The notes beneath the pieces were generated by a model. The model was not told the origin of the DNA. It worked only from the letters and a program-made list of their open reading frames with translations, and searched no databases. From NCBI GenBank assembly GCA_963750995.1, contig CAVVST010000005.1, positions 508,457-572,456 of the forward strand: a stretch of 64,000 nucleotides of DNA, read 5' to 3'. Source of the DNA: an uncultured Acidobacteriota bacterium (GTDB taxonomy: Bacteria; Acidobacteriota; Vicinamibacteria; Vicinamibacterales; UBA2999). Numbering within the stretch: the stretch's first letter is position 1; each line of letters opens with the position of its first letter. The position numbers and the translations under genes are program-made. Below are positions 40,745-50,469 of the stretch, one piece after another.

Positions 40745-42286
40745 ATGAGTGAACGGCTTCGACTTGCCGATCTTCTCAGTGGTCTTTCGATCGTTGCCGA
40801 TCTCGGATACGGCCTGCCGATTGACACGGCATTGCGCTCGTGTCTGATCGGAACGGCACTGGCGCGGCGCATGGCGCTGCCAGAACGTCAAGTCGCCGAT
40901 GTCTTCTACGTGAGCCTGCTGTTCCACGTCGGATGCGTCGCCTATGCCCATGAAACGTTCGAGCTGTTCGGGGACGACCAGGCAGTACGGCGGGCGGCTG
41001 TGGAGACAGACCTCACCGATATGCGCGATATCTTCGCGACGCTGATCCCAGGAGCGACGCGAGGTCTTCCCGCCGCGGCGCGGATACGAGGCGCGGTGCG
41101 CATGGCGGTGTCAGGCCGTGCGTTCGGAAAAGCTCACGATCAGGCAAGCTGCGAGGTTGCACGAACCGTCTCTCGTCGCATCGGGCTTCCGGACACCATC
41201 AGCGACAGCCTGTCCGACATTCATGAATGGTGGAACGGCGCCGGCGCTCGTTCGCTACGCGGCGAGCGAATCGCCAGACCCGCGCGCATCGCGCGCGTGG
41301 CCACCGAGACCTCGGAGTTGCTCAGTCTCGGGGTTCGTGATGTCGTCGACGCGCTGCGACACCGTGCGCGAAAGACACTCGACCCGACAGTCGTAGAGCA
41401 CCTCGCAGCCGTCAGCAACACAATCATCACGCAGATAACGAGCGGCGATCCTCGTGTGCACGTTCTCGACGCTGAACCATCGCCGGTCGTGGAGATAAGC
41501 GAAGCGGACCTGCCACGCATTGCTCGCGCCTTCGGCGAGTTGGCCGATCTCAAGAATCCCTTCACACATGGTCACGCTGCCAATGTCACCGGGCTCTCGC
41601 TGGCGACAGCCGACCGCCTCGGCCTGGATCGTCGAACCTGCGCGTGTCTCGAGATCGCAGCATACCTCCATGATGTGGGTCGTGTAGGCGTCTCCAATCG
41701 CATATGGGCGAAGGTTGGAGCACTCACGACCGCCGAATGGGAGCAGGTGCACCTGCATCCGTATCATTCAGAGCGCGTCCTTGCGTCGACGTCCGCGCTG
41801 AAGCCGATGGCACGCATTGTCGGAATGCATCACGAGCGGATCGACGGCTCCGGCTACCACCGCGGCTGTCGGGGCAGAGATATCGATGTCGCCGCTCGCG
41901 TGCTGGCGTGCGCAGACGCGTTCCAGGCTATGACTCAGCGCCGGCCGCATCGGCCTGCTCTGGAACCAGCTCAGGCGCGAGACGAACTACTCGGTGAGGC
42001 GCGCGCCGGCAGACTTGACCCGGAGGTCGTTGCCACTGTCCTCGACGCGAGCCATCTCACGGGCGGTCGACGTCAAGCCCTTCGTCCAGGAGGGCTGAGC
42101 GACCGCGAGGTGGAGGTACATGCAGCTCATCGTGGAAGGCTGTTCGAACCCCGAGATCGGGCGGCGTCTCGGGATTTCTCGTCGTATGCCGAACACCACG
42201 TGCAACACATCTACGACAAGATCGGTGTCTCTACCCGCGCCGCCGCGGTCCTCTTCGCCCTTGAACACGACCTCATGCGACGCTAA
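40745..42286 (+). CDS. HD-GYP-type phosphohydrolase (degenerate N-terminal HD plus canonical HD-GYP) fused to a LuxR-type HTH; the HTH is disrupted by a compensated double frameshift
   Basis: ..AAYLHDVGRVGVSNRIW..HLHPYHSERVL..VGMHHERIDGSGYHRG.. At the C-terminus the main frame reads LSDREVEV..(25 out-of-frame aa)..AEHHVQHIYDKIGVSTRAAAVLFALEHDL. The proper middle, MQLIVEGCSNPEIGRRLGISRR, sits in ORF 42120..42317. Confidence 0.8.
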   Translation: MSERLRLADLLSGLSIVADLGYGLPIDTALRSCLIGTALARRMALPERQVADVFYVSLLFHVGCVAYAHETFELFGDDQAVRRAAVETDLTDMRDIFATLIPGATRGLPAAARIRGAVRMAVSGRAFGKAHDQASCEVARTVSRRIGLPDTISDSLSDIHEWWNGAGARSLRGERIARPARIARVATETSELLSLGVRDVVDALRHRARKTLDPTVVEHLAAVSNTIITQITSGDPRVHVLDAEPSPVVEISEADLPRIARAFGELADLKNPFTHGHAANVTGLSLATADRLGLDRRTCACLEIAAYLHDVGRVGVSNRIWAKVGALTTAEWEQVHLHPYHSERVLASTSALKPMARIVGMHHERIDGSGYHRGCRGRDIDVAARVLACADAFQAMTQRRPHRPALEPAQARDELLGEARAGRLDPEVVATVLDASHLTGGRRQALRPGGLSDREVEVHAAHRGRLFEPRDRAASRDFSSYAEHHVQHIYDKIGVSTRAAAVLFALEHDLMRR

Positions 42287-42382
42287 TTCAGTCGAGCGCT
42301 TTCGCCACGCAGGGTAGGTAGGTCTACCGATGCGCAGGTCTCGGTCGGGTGCGATGCTTCCTCAACGAAAGGAGGCAGAGCC

Positions 42383-42840
42383 ATGAGAGTCGAACAGAGT
42401 GCGATTATCCACCGCTCGCCCGACGAGGTCTTTACATTCCTCGAGAATCGAGCGAATGACACAGCGTGGATGACGTCGGTCATGCAATCGGAGTGGCTCG
42501 ACTCCGGCGGCACGCCTCGTGTAGGACGCCGGGGACGGATGGTTATCAGAATCCTCCGTCGACGGATGAAATTCCTCGCCGAAGTGACGGACTACGTTCC
42601 GGGCCGTCGGATCGCACATCGCACCGTCGAAGGGCCACTCCCCCTCACCACGGCGTGCACCTGCGAGCCGGCCGACACGGCTGTCTCGCCACCGTCGTCG
42701 GCGAAGTCCATCCAATTCCGGGCGGGTGGGCCGGCAGGCTGGGGGGGCCATTTGTCGGACGTATCATTCAGCACGGATTTAAGGGCGACCTTGCGCGGCT
42801 CAAAGCCCTGCTGGAAGCGCAGCGCGATGACGGCGAGACC
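42383..42840 (+). pseudogene. SRPBCC (START/cyclase-like) protein with one frameshift
   Basis: RBS GAAAGGAGG. MRVEQSAIIHRSPDEVFTFLENRANDTAWMTSVMQSEWL..FLAEVTDYVPGRRIAHRTVEGPLPLTTACTCEPAD / GCLATVVGEVHPIPGGWAGRLGGPFVGRIIQHGFKGDLARLKALLEAQ. Confidence 0.55.
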
Positions 42841-42864
42841 GGATCGAAGCGCATCTCGGGTCCG

Positions 42865-43504
42865 ATGCGTAATTTGCCTACCACAAGGGACTTCGGAGAT
42901 TTCTACAACGCAAGAAAAGCAGCCTCTGAGCTGCGCAGCTATCGCGACAAGGGACCGATTCCTTCGACCAAGGCGCTCATCGAGGCACTCAAGACGGAGG
43001 GCGTCGAGGGTGCGACATTGATCGACATCGGCGGAGGGGATCGGGGCGATCCAGCACGAGCTGCTGGCCGCCGGGGCAGGCCATGTGACGAGCATCGATG
43101 CTTCCGACGGATACATCCAAACGGCGCGGGAGGAAAGCGGACGTCGAAGCCTCACCGGCCGGGTCTCCTACCATCACGGTGACTTCGTGGAGCTTGCTGA
43201 AACCATTCCTCCGGCCGACATCGTCACGCTCGACCGGGTTATCAACGTTTATCCCGATTGGAAGCAGCTGATCCGCACTTCGGCGGCACGGGCTCGCCGC
43301 TTGTACGGGCTTGTTTATCCACGGGATACCCTCCCGGTCAGGATGGTGGTGAGTGTGATGAATCTTGTCGTGTGGCGTGGACCCGTTCACGCCTCTGTGC
43401 GCTCGCCGGAGGTGATCGAGAGGCTGACACGTGAGGCAGGTCTCGTTCGGTGCTTCTCGAAGACGACAGGACCCTGGCAGGTTGCGGTCTTCCGCCGCCA
43501 CTGA
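42865..43504 (+). pseudogene. class I SAM methyltransferase, one frameshift; paralogue of 36469..37116; same frame as the SRPBCC tail, so possibly a fusion
   Basis: MRNLPTTRDFGDFYNARKAASELRSYRDKGPIPSTKALIEALK..ATLIDIGGG / IGAIQHELLAAGAGHVTSIDASDGYIQTAREES..GDFVELAETIPPADIVTLDRVINVYPDWKQLI..RRLYGLVYPRDTLPVRMVVSVMNLV.. Confidence 0.6.
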
Positions 43505-44154
43505 TGCCACGAACGCTCCGGCTTATTGAGCGGGGAGAAGTACGGAATCGTATCTCTACGCAAGCCCAAGACGTGTCGCTTCGACACCCAGTTTGAACCG
43601 AAGACCATCGCCGTCGAATGTCGGTTCTTTGGAGAGCAGCGTAAGGGCAGCCAGCTGCGACGGGTCGAATACCCGCTCAACGAAGGTTCCGGTCTGCAGA
43701 CCCCCGCCGATCACTCGCACGGCGCCGACCAGGCGCGTGGCGATGACAACTTCAACGGGCTCAAGGCAGAAGCGTCCCTCGGAGCACCCAGGAGCGTGAC
43801 TCCTGGATTCAGATCGTCGAGTTCAATTGGTACGCATGATGGCGAGCCGCCGCCATTCTACTGCTAGCTCCCGATTCGTGGCGGCGTGCCATTGCGTGTC
43901 TCGTACCCCTGCCGCTGCCGAGCTGAGTAGCACCACGCTTCGCGCCACACTAGATCTCGCGCGTCATCTCGATCGGTGCGTGCGCTTTGCCATACTGGCG
44001 GTGTCTGCTCACCAGCCGACCGACGAGCCTGGTAGAACCAGGACTCATCCAATGGTTCGCAGAAGATGTGGAGGTTCTTTGAACCTCTGACTATCTCGTG
44101 GGAAACGTCAAAATCCGACCATTATTCACGTTAGTGGGCGGTTACAACGGGCGC

Positions 44155-44174
44155 ACTTGGGACCAATTGGGACC
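44155..44174. repeat. island-end motif pair ACTTGGGACCAATTGGGACC (inverted partner of 24977..24997)
   Basis: The reverse complement GGTCCCAATTGGTCCCAAGT matches the distal motif except for one A. It lies 63 nt from the tRNA-Cys 3' end. Confidence 0.7.
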
Positions 44175-44236
44175 AGAATCGAGTCCGCAGATATCGCCGA
44201 CGCCGAGAGTAATAAGCGATTTTCACAGAGGAAAAT

Positions 44237-44310
<74 letters not shown>

Positions 44311-44342
44311 GATTAGAGGGGCTGAATCGTGCGAGGCGAAGG

Positions 44343-44417
44343 TGGAGCGGGAAACGGGATTCGAACCCGCGACTTCGACCTTGGCAAGGTCGCACTCTAC
44401 CACTGAGTTATTCCCGC
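44343..44417 (-). tRNA. tRNA-Gly (GCC), CCA encoded
   Basis: The reverse complement GCGGGAATAACTCAGTGGTAGAGTGCGACCTTGCCAAGGTCGAAGTCGCGGGTTCGAATCCCGTTTCCCGCTCCA has acceptor GCGGGAA/TTCCCGC, anticodon stem CGACC/GGTCG and loop TTGCCAA. Confidence 0.95.
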
Positions 44418-44500
44418 TCGCGACGAAAAGTGATCGTACCACAGCGAAACTCAGCCAATCAAGGCGGCAGACGACAACCTCAGGTGCATAATTCGGCACC

Positions 44501-45406
44501 TTGACTTTCACGCGTCGCTCGACTCCGCTGTTCCTTTTACTCGCGATCCTCTCCAACTCGCCGGCGCGCGCCGACGAAGTCCTGCTCAAGAACGGCGATC
44601 GCCTGACCGGCACTACGGTGTCCCTGGCCGCCGGCGTACTCACGCTTCTCACACCCTACGGCAATGTGCGGATTCCGTGGACTGAGGTCGTTCGCGCCGC
44701 GATCCAGGATCCGATGCTCGCGGCCCTGGCCGACGCACTCCGGCCGCAACCGGCGGTCATCGTCGACGGCGGCGCCAATGCCGCCATCGTCACCACCGCC
44801 GGCAACACCGATGTGAACAACCTCCGCCTCGACGGCGACCTCGTCACCCGCGCCGGCTTGAACCGGTATTCCGCCTCCGCCGTCGTCACCCGCGCCGAGG
44901 ATCGTGGCATCGAGACGGCGCGCAACTGGACGACGGTGTTCAAGTACGACCGGTTCGTGTCGACGCGGATGTTCCTCAACGCCAACGCGATCCTCACCAA
45001 CGATCGATTCCGGGATCTCGACCTGCGGACAGCGATTGGTTTCGGCGTCGGTTACCAGGTGCTGACCCTCCCGCGCGTGAACCTCACCGCCGACGGCGGC
45101 CTCGGCTACGTCAACGAGAACCTCGCCCGGCAACCGGACGACAGCTACGCCGCCCTGCGCGAGTCGGTGTCATTCGACGCGTTCGCGGTGCCGGACCGGA
45201 TCCAGTTTTTTCATGTCCACGACGGCTACTTTGGCGTGACCGGCGACGACAATCTGTTCATCAGGATGCAGAACGGCGTGCGCATGACGCTGGCAGCCGG
45301 ATTCGTCACCACGCTGCGCCACGATCTTGATTACGACCGGTCGCCGGCAGTCGGACGCAGCAACACCGACCGGACGCTGGCGTTCACACTCGGGTACCGC
45401 TTCTGA
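44501..45406 (+). CDS. DUF481 (YdiY-like) outer-membrane beta-barrel protein
   Basis: Signal peptide ..LFLLLAILSNSPARADEVLLKNGDRLTG.. then ..TTAGNTDVNNLRLDGDLV..AILTNDRFRDLDLRTAIGFGVGY.. It ends LAFTLGYRF. Confidence 0.8.
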   Translation: MTFTRRSTPLFLLLAILSNSPARADEVLLKNGDRLTGTTVSLAAGVLTLLTPYGNVRIPWTEVVRAAIQDPMLAALADALRPQPAVIVDGGANAAIVTTAGNTDVNNLRLDGDLVTRAGLNRYSASAVVTRAEDRGIETARNWTTVFKYDRFVSTRMFLNANAILTNDRFRDLDLRTAIGFGVGYQVLTLPRVNLTADGGLGYVNENLARQPDDSYAALRESVSFDAFAVPDRIQFFHVHDGYFGVTGDDNLFIRMQNGVRMTLAAGFVTTLRHDLDYDRSPAVGRSNTDRTLAFTLGYRF

Positions 45407-45421
45407 ACCGCCCCGCACCGC

Positions 45422-46081
45422 ATGGTAGACTCGCGCGCCGTGCGAACCGCTGCCCTGGTCTGCCTCGCCACCCTGGCCGTGCCCGGCATGCCGACGGCGC
45501 AGAAGACGCCTGACGCCGAAGCGGCGCCGGCGTGCATCGATCCGGCGCCGACCGATGACGCGCTGGTGCGCCGCGCGGCGGAGTGGATGCTTCCCGATCG
45601 CACGATCGAGATCCCCGAGTTCGAGACCGGCAGCACGGACATCGTCCGTGGCATGCGCGCGCATGTCAGTCAGGCGCGTGCCGGCCTGTCACTCATGCCC
45701 ATCAGCAGGAGCGTGGCGCACCCGCTGACCGAGGATTTCTCGATCTCGGCCACCATGAACCTGACGGCGACCCTGCGGGTCGAGTACACGATGGGCGGCG
45801 GGGGCGGAGCGTGCGACCTGACCGTGCAGGGACCATTCGCGGTGCGCGCGGACGTGATGGTGGATCGCAGTCAGCCGTTCGAGGATCGCGTCCAGCCGCT
45901 GACGATCAACCAGGTCAACGACAGCGGACTTCGGCTGCAGGGATGCGGCGAGGTGACGGGTATCGCAGGTTTCGACGACGACGTGAGAGATCACCTCGCC
46001 GCCCTGGCCGTCACGGAGATTTTCGTGCCCGCATGCCGTCCGTGCGAGAGCCCCGTACTCCAGGCGTGCGCCACGCCGTAG
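45422..46081 (+). CDS. hypothetical secreted protein
   Basis: Signal peptide MVDSRAVRTAALVCLATLAVPGMPTAQ, intact 219 aa, several Cys pairs. Confidence 0.6.
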   Translation: MVDSRAVRTAALVCLATLAVPGMPTAQKTPDAEAAPACIDPAPTDDALVRRAAEWMLPDRTIEIPEFETGSTDIVRGMRAHVSQARAGLSLMPISRSVAHPLTEDFSISATMNLTATLRVEYTMGGGGGACDLTVQGPFAVRADVMVDRSQPFEDRVQPLTINQVNDSGLRLQGCGEVTGIAGFDDDVRDHLAALAVTEIFVPACRPCESPVLQACATP

Positions 46082-46087
46082 ACTGGC

Positions 46088-47089
46088 TTAGAAGCGAATG
46101 TCGCGCAGCACCTGCGCGGCTTCTTCAGGCGAGGTCGGGTTGAGATAGAACCCGGTTGCCCACTCGAATCCGGCGACCTTCGTCAGCTTCGGGATGATCT
46201 CCACGTGCCAGTGGTAGTACTCCCCCGCCTTCTCCGTCACCGGCGCGCTGTGAATCAACAGGTTGTAGGGCGGCATCTGCAGCGCCTTATTCATCCGTCG
46301 CAGGATGTCGCCGAGCAGCCGTGCGAGCGACGCGTACTCGTGGCGCGGCGCGTCCTCGAAGAGCGACTGGTGACGGCGCGGCAGGATCCAGGTCTCGAAC
46401 GGGAAGCGCGGCGCATAGGGAGCCACGGCCGCCATGTCGGCGTTCTCCGCGATCATCCTGCGGCCGTCCGCGGTTTCCTGCCGCAGGATGTCGCAGAAGA
46501 CGCATCGCTCTTTCGTCTCGTAGTGGGCGCGCGCGCCGTCCACCTCGTCGCGAACTTCGCGCGGGACGATCGGCAGCGCAATCAGCTGCGAGCACGAGTG
46601 CTCCAGCGACGCGCCCGCCGCCGAGCCGTGGTTCTTGAAGATGATGATGTAGCGGAACCGCTGGTCGCGTTTCAGGTCGGAGATGCGCTCGCGGCACGCC
46701 CAGAGCACCTGTTCCACCCGGTCGGCGTCGAGCGTCGCCAGCGTGTCGTCGTGACGGGGCGACTCGATGATCACCTCGTGGGCGCCGATGCCGTTCATCT
46801 TGTCGAACAGCCCCTCGCCCTGCCGGTCGAGGGTGCCTTCAACCCGCAGCACCGGAAACTGGTTGGGGATGACCCGCAGCGACCAGCCCGGACTGTCGGG
46901 CCCGCTGCCGTTGCGCCCGGCCGCCAGCAGCTCGCGGGGCGTCATGTGTTCGTGCCCGGCGCAGAACGGACAGGAGCTGTCGGGGTTGATGGTGACGGAT
47001 TCGAGCCGGAAATCGGTGGGCCGCTTGCGCCGTTCGGTGGAGATGATGACCCAGCGGCCGGTGACGGGATCTTTACGCAGTTCGCTCAT
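46088..47089 (-). CDS. galT: galactose-1-phosphate uridylyltransferase-like (GalT/HIT superfamily) nucleotidyltransferase
   Basis: MSELRKDPVTGRWVIISTERRKRP..CPFCAGHEHMTP..IIIFKNHGSAAGASLEHSCSQLIALP.. The usual H-x-H nucleophile motif reads H-S-C here. Confidence 0.8.
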   Translation of the reverse strand: MSELRKDPVTGRWVIISTERRKRPTDFRLESVTINPDSSCPFCAGHEHMTPRELLAAGRNGSGPDSPGWSLRVIPNQFPVLRVEGTLDRQGEGLFDKMNGIGAHEVIIESPRHDDTLATLDADRVEQVLWACRERISDLKRDQRFRYIIIFKNHGSAAGASLEHSCSQLIALPIVPREVRDEVDGARAHYETKERCVFCDILRQETADGRRMIAENADMAAVAPYAPRFPFETWILPRRHQSLFEDAPRHEYASLARLLGDILRRMNKALQMPPYNLLIHSAPVTEKAGEYYHWHVEIIPKLTKVAGFEWATGFYLNPTSPEEAAQVLRDIRF

Positions 47090-47209
47090 GCAGGCTCGGC
47101 GGGTCAGCATCCGCCGGGTCCGCTCCGCCCTTCGGCTGCGCTCAGGGCGTCCTGAGCTGGTCGAAGGACGCGGAACCCGGCCGACGGCGACGTACCCGGC
47201 CTACATACC

Positions 47210-47617
47210 CTACGCGGTAAACGCGTGCGGGTAAACCTCGATTCTTGGATCGCCCCCTTCGAAATCCACCGTCACCACGTCGAAACGGCAGGGCTGATCC
47301 TGCAGGCGCCGGCGCGCCAGGAAGTCGATCGCCATCCGGACGATCCGCTGCTGCTTGCAGACGGTCACCGCCGCCTCACCGCCGCCGAACTCGTTTCCTT
47401 CCCGCGCCTTCACCTCGACGAAGACGAGGCTCGCGCCGGATCGAGCGACGATATCAATTTCGCCATAGCGAGTACGGTACCGGCGTTCGAGAATTGCGTA
47501 CCCACGGCGCGCCAATTCCGCGCACGCGAGATCCTCGCCCATTTTCCCGAGGGATTGCCTGCCATCCACTGGCACGGCGCTGATGGGTGCACATTCTGCG
47601 CCCGCAGTTTGAACCAT
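47210..47617 (-). CDS. yraN: YraN family (UPF0102) endonuclease-like protein
   Basis: ..LGKMGEDLACAELARRGYAILERRYRTRYGEIDIVARSGASLVFVEVKAR..RFDVVTV. The start is uncertain (47617 or 47542). Confidence 0.75.
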   Translation of the reverse strand: MVQTAGAECAPISAVPVDGRQSLGKMGEDLACAELARRGYAILERRYRTRYGEIDIVARSGASLVFVEVKAREGNEFGGGEAAVTVCKQQRIVRMAIDFLARRRLQDQPCRFDVVTVDFEGGDPRIEVYPHAFTA

Positions 47618-47697
47618 GACGACACGATGATCTCGAAGGACACGAAAGACCAATATGGTTTCTCGTGATCTTCGAGATCGTCGTGTTGTTCGTAGTG

Positions 47698-49032
47698 CTA
47701 ACGTCCTATTGACGTGAGCGCTTGATCGAGGATCCCGACGGCGGTGTCGGCCTGGTCCTTCGTCAGCACGAGCGGCGGCGACAGGCGAATGGCGTTGCGC
47801 CCGGCGCCGAGGACCAGCAGTCCCCGGCGGAAGCATTCCTGGACGAGCGCGTTGCGCTCGCTCGTCGCGCGTTCTTTCGTCGTCCGGTCGCGGACCAGTT
47901 CAATCCCGATCATCAGCCCGCGGCCGCGGACGTCGCCGACGATCGGATGCCTGGCCATCAGCGCCTTTGCCGCCGCCATCATGTGGATCCCGACCGACTC
48001 CGCGTTTTTCACCAGGGTGTCGCGCAGCAGCCGGATCGTGGCCAGCGCCGCGGCACATGCCACCGGGTTGCCGCCGAAGGTGCTGGCGTGCGAGCCCGGC
48101 GGCCATGACATCACCTCCGAACGCGCCGTGGCGACGCCAAGCGGCAGGCCGGACGCGATCCCCTTGGCGATCGTCACCACGTCCGGCTCGACGCCGGTGT
48201 GCTGGATCGCAAACATCTTCCCCGTGCGCCCCATGCCCGACTGCACCTCGTCGGCAATCAGCACGATGCCGTGCCGGGTGGCAATCTCGCGCAGGCCCTC
48301 GATGAAGGCCCCGGGCGCGACAAGGTATCCACCTTCACCCTGGATCGGCTCGACCAGGATGGCGGCCACTTCGTCTGGTGCGACGAGGTGGACGAACAGC
48401 TGGTTCTCGATGAAGCTGAGCGACTCTGCCGCGCAGGCGTCGGCCGAGCCGTTGAAACGATACACGTCGGGATAGGGCGCGTGGTACGTGCCGGGCACCA
48501 GCGGGGAAAACCCTTTACGCTGCGTCACCTTGCTGGCAGTCGCCGAGAGCGATCCCATCGAGCGTCCGTGGAACGCGCCCAGGAAGGCAATGACGTTGTG
48601 GCGCTTCGTGTAGTACTTCGCCAGCTTGAGCGCCGCTTCAACCGCTTCGGTGCCGGAGTTGCCGAAGAAGGAGCGGTGCGGACCTCGCATCGGCGCGATC
48701 GCCGACAGCTCCTCGCCGAGCCGAACCTGCGGCTCGTAGTAGAAGTCGGTGCCCGACATATGGAGGAACTGACGCGCCTGGTCGACGATCGCCTGGACCA
48801 CGTCGGGGTGCGAGTGGCCGGTGGACGTCACGGCGATGCCGGCCGTGCAATCGAGAAAGACGTTGCCGTCCACGTCTTCGACGACCGCGCCCTCGCCGCG
48901 CGCAATCACCAGCGGATAGTCGCGCGTGTACGACGGCGACACCACCTTGCCGTCCCGCTCGATGATGGCCCTGGCCTTCGGGCCCGGCAGGCTCGTCCTG
49001 ATCTGCGGCACGGTCGTCGTCAGCGTGCTCAT
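47698..49032 (-). CDS. class III aminotransferase (4-aminobutyrate/acetylornithine aminotransferase type)
   Basis: ..LPGPKARAIIERDGKVVSPSY..VFLDCTAGIAVTSTGHSHPDVV..LIADEVQSGMGRTGKMFA..TIAKGIASGLPLG. Intact 444 aa. Confidence 0.9.
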   Translation of the reverse strand: MSTLTTTVPQIRTSLPGPKARAIIERDGKVVSPSYTRDYPLVIARGEGAVVEDVDGNVFLDCTAGIAVTSTGHSHPDVVQAIVDQARQFLHMSGTDFYYEPQVRLGEELSAIAPMRGPHRSFFGNSGTEAVEAALKLAKYYTKRHNVIAFLGAFHGRSMGSLSATASKVTQRKGFSPLVPGTYHAPYPDVYRFNGSADACAAESLSFIENQLFVHLVAPDEVAAILVEPIQGEGGYLVAPGAFIEGLREIATRHGIVLIADEVQSGMGRTGKMFAIQHTGVEPDVVTIAKGIASGLPLGVATARSEVMSWPPGSHASTFGGNPVACAAALATIRLLRDTLVKNAESVGIHMMAAAKALMARHPIVGDVRGRGLMIGIELVRDRTTKERATSERNALVQECFRRGLLVLGAGRNAIRLSPPLVLTKDQADTAVGILDQALTSIGR

Positions 49033-49052
49033 GGCAGTCTTTCGTCTGATGC

Positions 49053-50468
49053 TTACTTTTTCTTCCAGCGTGTCCCGCCCGGGTTGTCCTCCAGCAGAAC
49101 GCCCCGATCCGCCAGGTCGTTCCGGATGCGATCGGCGGCGGCGAAATCACGCCGCAGGCGCGCGGCCTTCCGCTCCTCGATCAGGCGCTCGATCTCGTCG
49201 ACCGGCACGGGCGGCTGCGCGTCTTCCGCCTGGCGCAGGCTCACGACCCCGAGCACCTTGTCGAAATCGTCCATCGCCTGCCGGACCGCGGCCGCTTCGG
49301 TCGCCGAGATCGCCCGGGCGTCGATTGCTGCATTCACATCCCGGACCAGATCGAAGACGGCCGCCAGCGCGGCGGCGGTATTGAGATCGTGCTGCAACGC
49401 AGCTCGAAACGCCTCGCGCGCCGTGTCTGCCGATTCGGCGATGTGGGGGTTCGAACCGGTTCCCGTCACAGTGTCGAGCCGGGCGAGGAAATCGACAATA
49501 CGGCGAATCGCCTCCTCCGCCTGGTCCATGCCGGTCCAGGTGAAGTTGAGCTGCTTCCGGTAATGTGACGACAGCAGCAGGTAGCGCAATGCCGACGGCC
49601 GGTGACCGCGGGCCGCGATCTCGGCCAGCGTGTAGACGTTGCCGAGCGACTTCGACATCTTCTCGCTCTCGACGAAGAGATGCTCGACGTGGAACCAGAA
49701 GCGCACGAACGGCTCGTTCCGGGCGCCCTCGCTCTGCGCGATTTCGTTTTCGTGATGCGGAAAAATCAGGTCGACGCCGCCGGCGTGGATGTCGATCGGA
49801 GGCGCCCCGAGCAGGCGCAGCGCCATCGCCGAGCATTCCAGGTGCCAGCCGGGCCGGCCAGGACCGGTGCCGTAGTCCCACGACGGCTCGCCGGGCTTCG
49901 CCGCCTTCCACAACACGAAGTCGCGCGCGTCCTCCTTGGAGTATTCGTCCGCGTCGACGCTCGCGCCGTCCTTCATCCCGTCACGATCCAGCCGCGCCAG
50001 CCGGCCGTACTGCGGAAGCGTGGCGATGCGGAAATAGATGGACCCATCGCGTCGATAGGTGTGCCCGTTGCGCTCCAGGTCTGCGATCAGCCCGCCCATG
50101 GCCTGCAGGTTCGGTTCGTCGGTCGCACGCGGCATCTCTTCCGGCGTCTCGATCCCCAGCTGGTCCGAGTCGGCGCGAAACAGCGCGATCCACTTGTCCG
50201 TGTAGTGGCGCAGTGGCACTTTCGCGTCGAGCGCGCCGGCAATCGTCTTGTCGTCGATGTCGGTGTAGTTGACGACCTGCCGCACGTCATAGCCGCAGAC
50301 GTATTTGAGCGTGCGGCGCAGGACATCCAGGCACACGTATGTCCGGAAATTGCCGATGTGCGCCCGCGCGTAGACCGTGGGACCGCAGCCGTACAGACGC
50401 ACCGTGCTCGCGTTCAGCGGCGCAAACGGCTCTTCCTGGCGCGAGAGGGTGTTATAGAGATGCAGCAT
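49053..50468 (-). CDS. cysS: cysteine--tRNA ligase
   Basis: [36 protein letters not shown] (HIGN), ..WHLECSAM.., KMSKSLGN. Intact 471 aa. Confidence 0.95.
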   Translation of the reverse strand: MLHLYNTLSRQEEPFAPLNASTVRLYGCGPTVYARAHIGNFRTYVCLDVLRRTLKYVCGYDVRQVVNYTDIDDKTIAGALDAKVPLRHYTDKWIALFRADSDQLGIETPEEMPRATDEPNLQAMGGLIADLERNGHTYRRDGSIYFRIATLPQYGRLARLDRDGMKDGASVDADEYSKEDARDFVLWKAAKPGEPSWDYGTGPGRPGWHLECSAMALRLLGAPPIDIHAGGVDLIFPHHENEIAQSEGARNEPFVRFWFHVEHLFVESEKMSKSLGNVYTLAEIAARGHRPSALRYLLLSSHYRKQLNFTWTGMDQAEEAIRRIVDFLARLDTVTGTGSNPHIAESADTAREAFRAALQHDLNTAAALAAVFDLVRDVNAAIDARAISATEAAAVRQAMDDFDKVLGVVSLRQAEDAQPPVPVDEIERLIEERKAARLRRDFAAADRIRNDLADRGVLLEDNPGGTRWKKK

Positions 50469-50469
50469 C

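Noticed and set aside
43526-44236. An integrase or excisionase gene expected next to tRNA-Cys
   Set aside because: Six-frame reading gives only short ORFs (for example MSPGSTRLVGRLVSRHRQYGKAHAPIEMTREI, or ..VIATRLVGAVRVIGGGLQTGTFVERVFDPSQLAALTLL..) with none of the tyrosine-recombinase motifs (R..HxxR..Y). I therefore make no call here.
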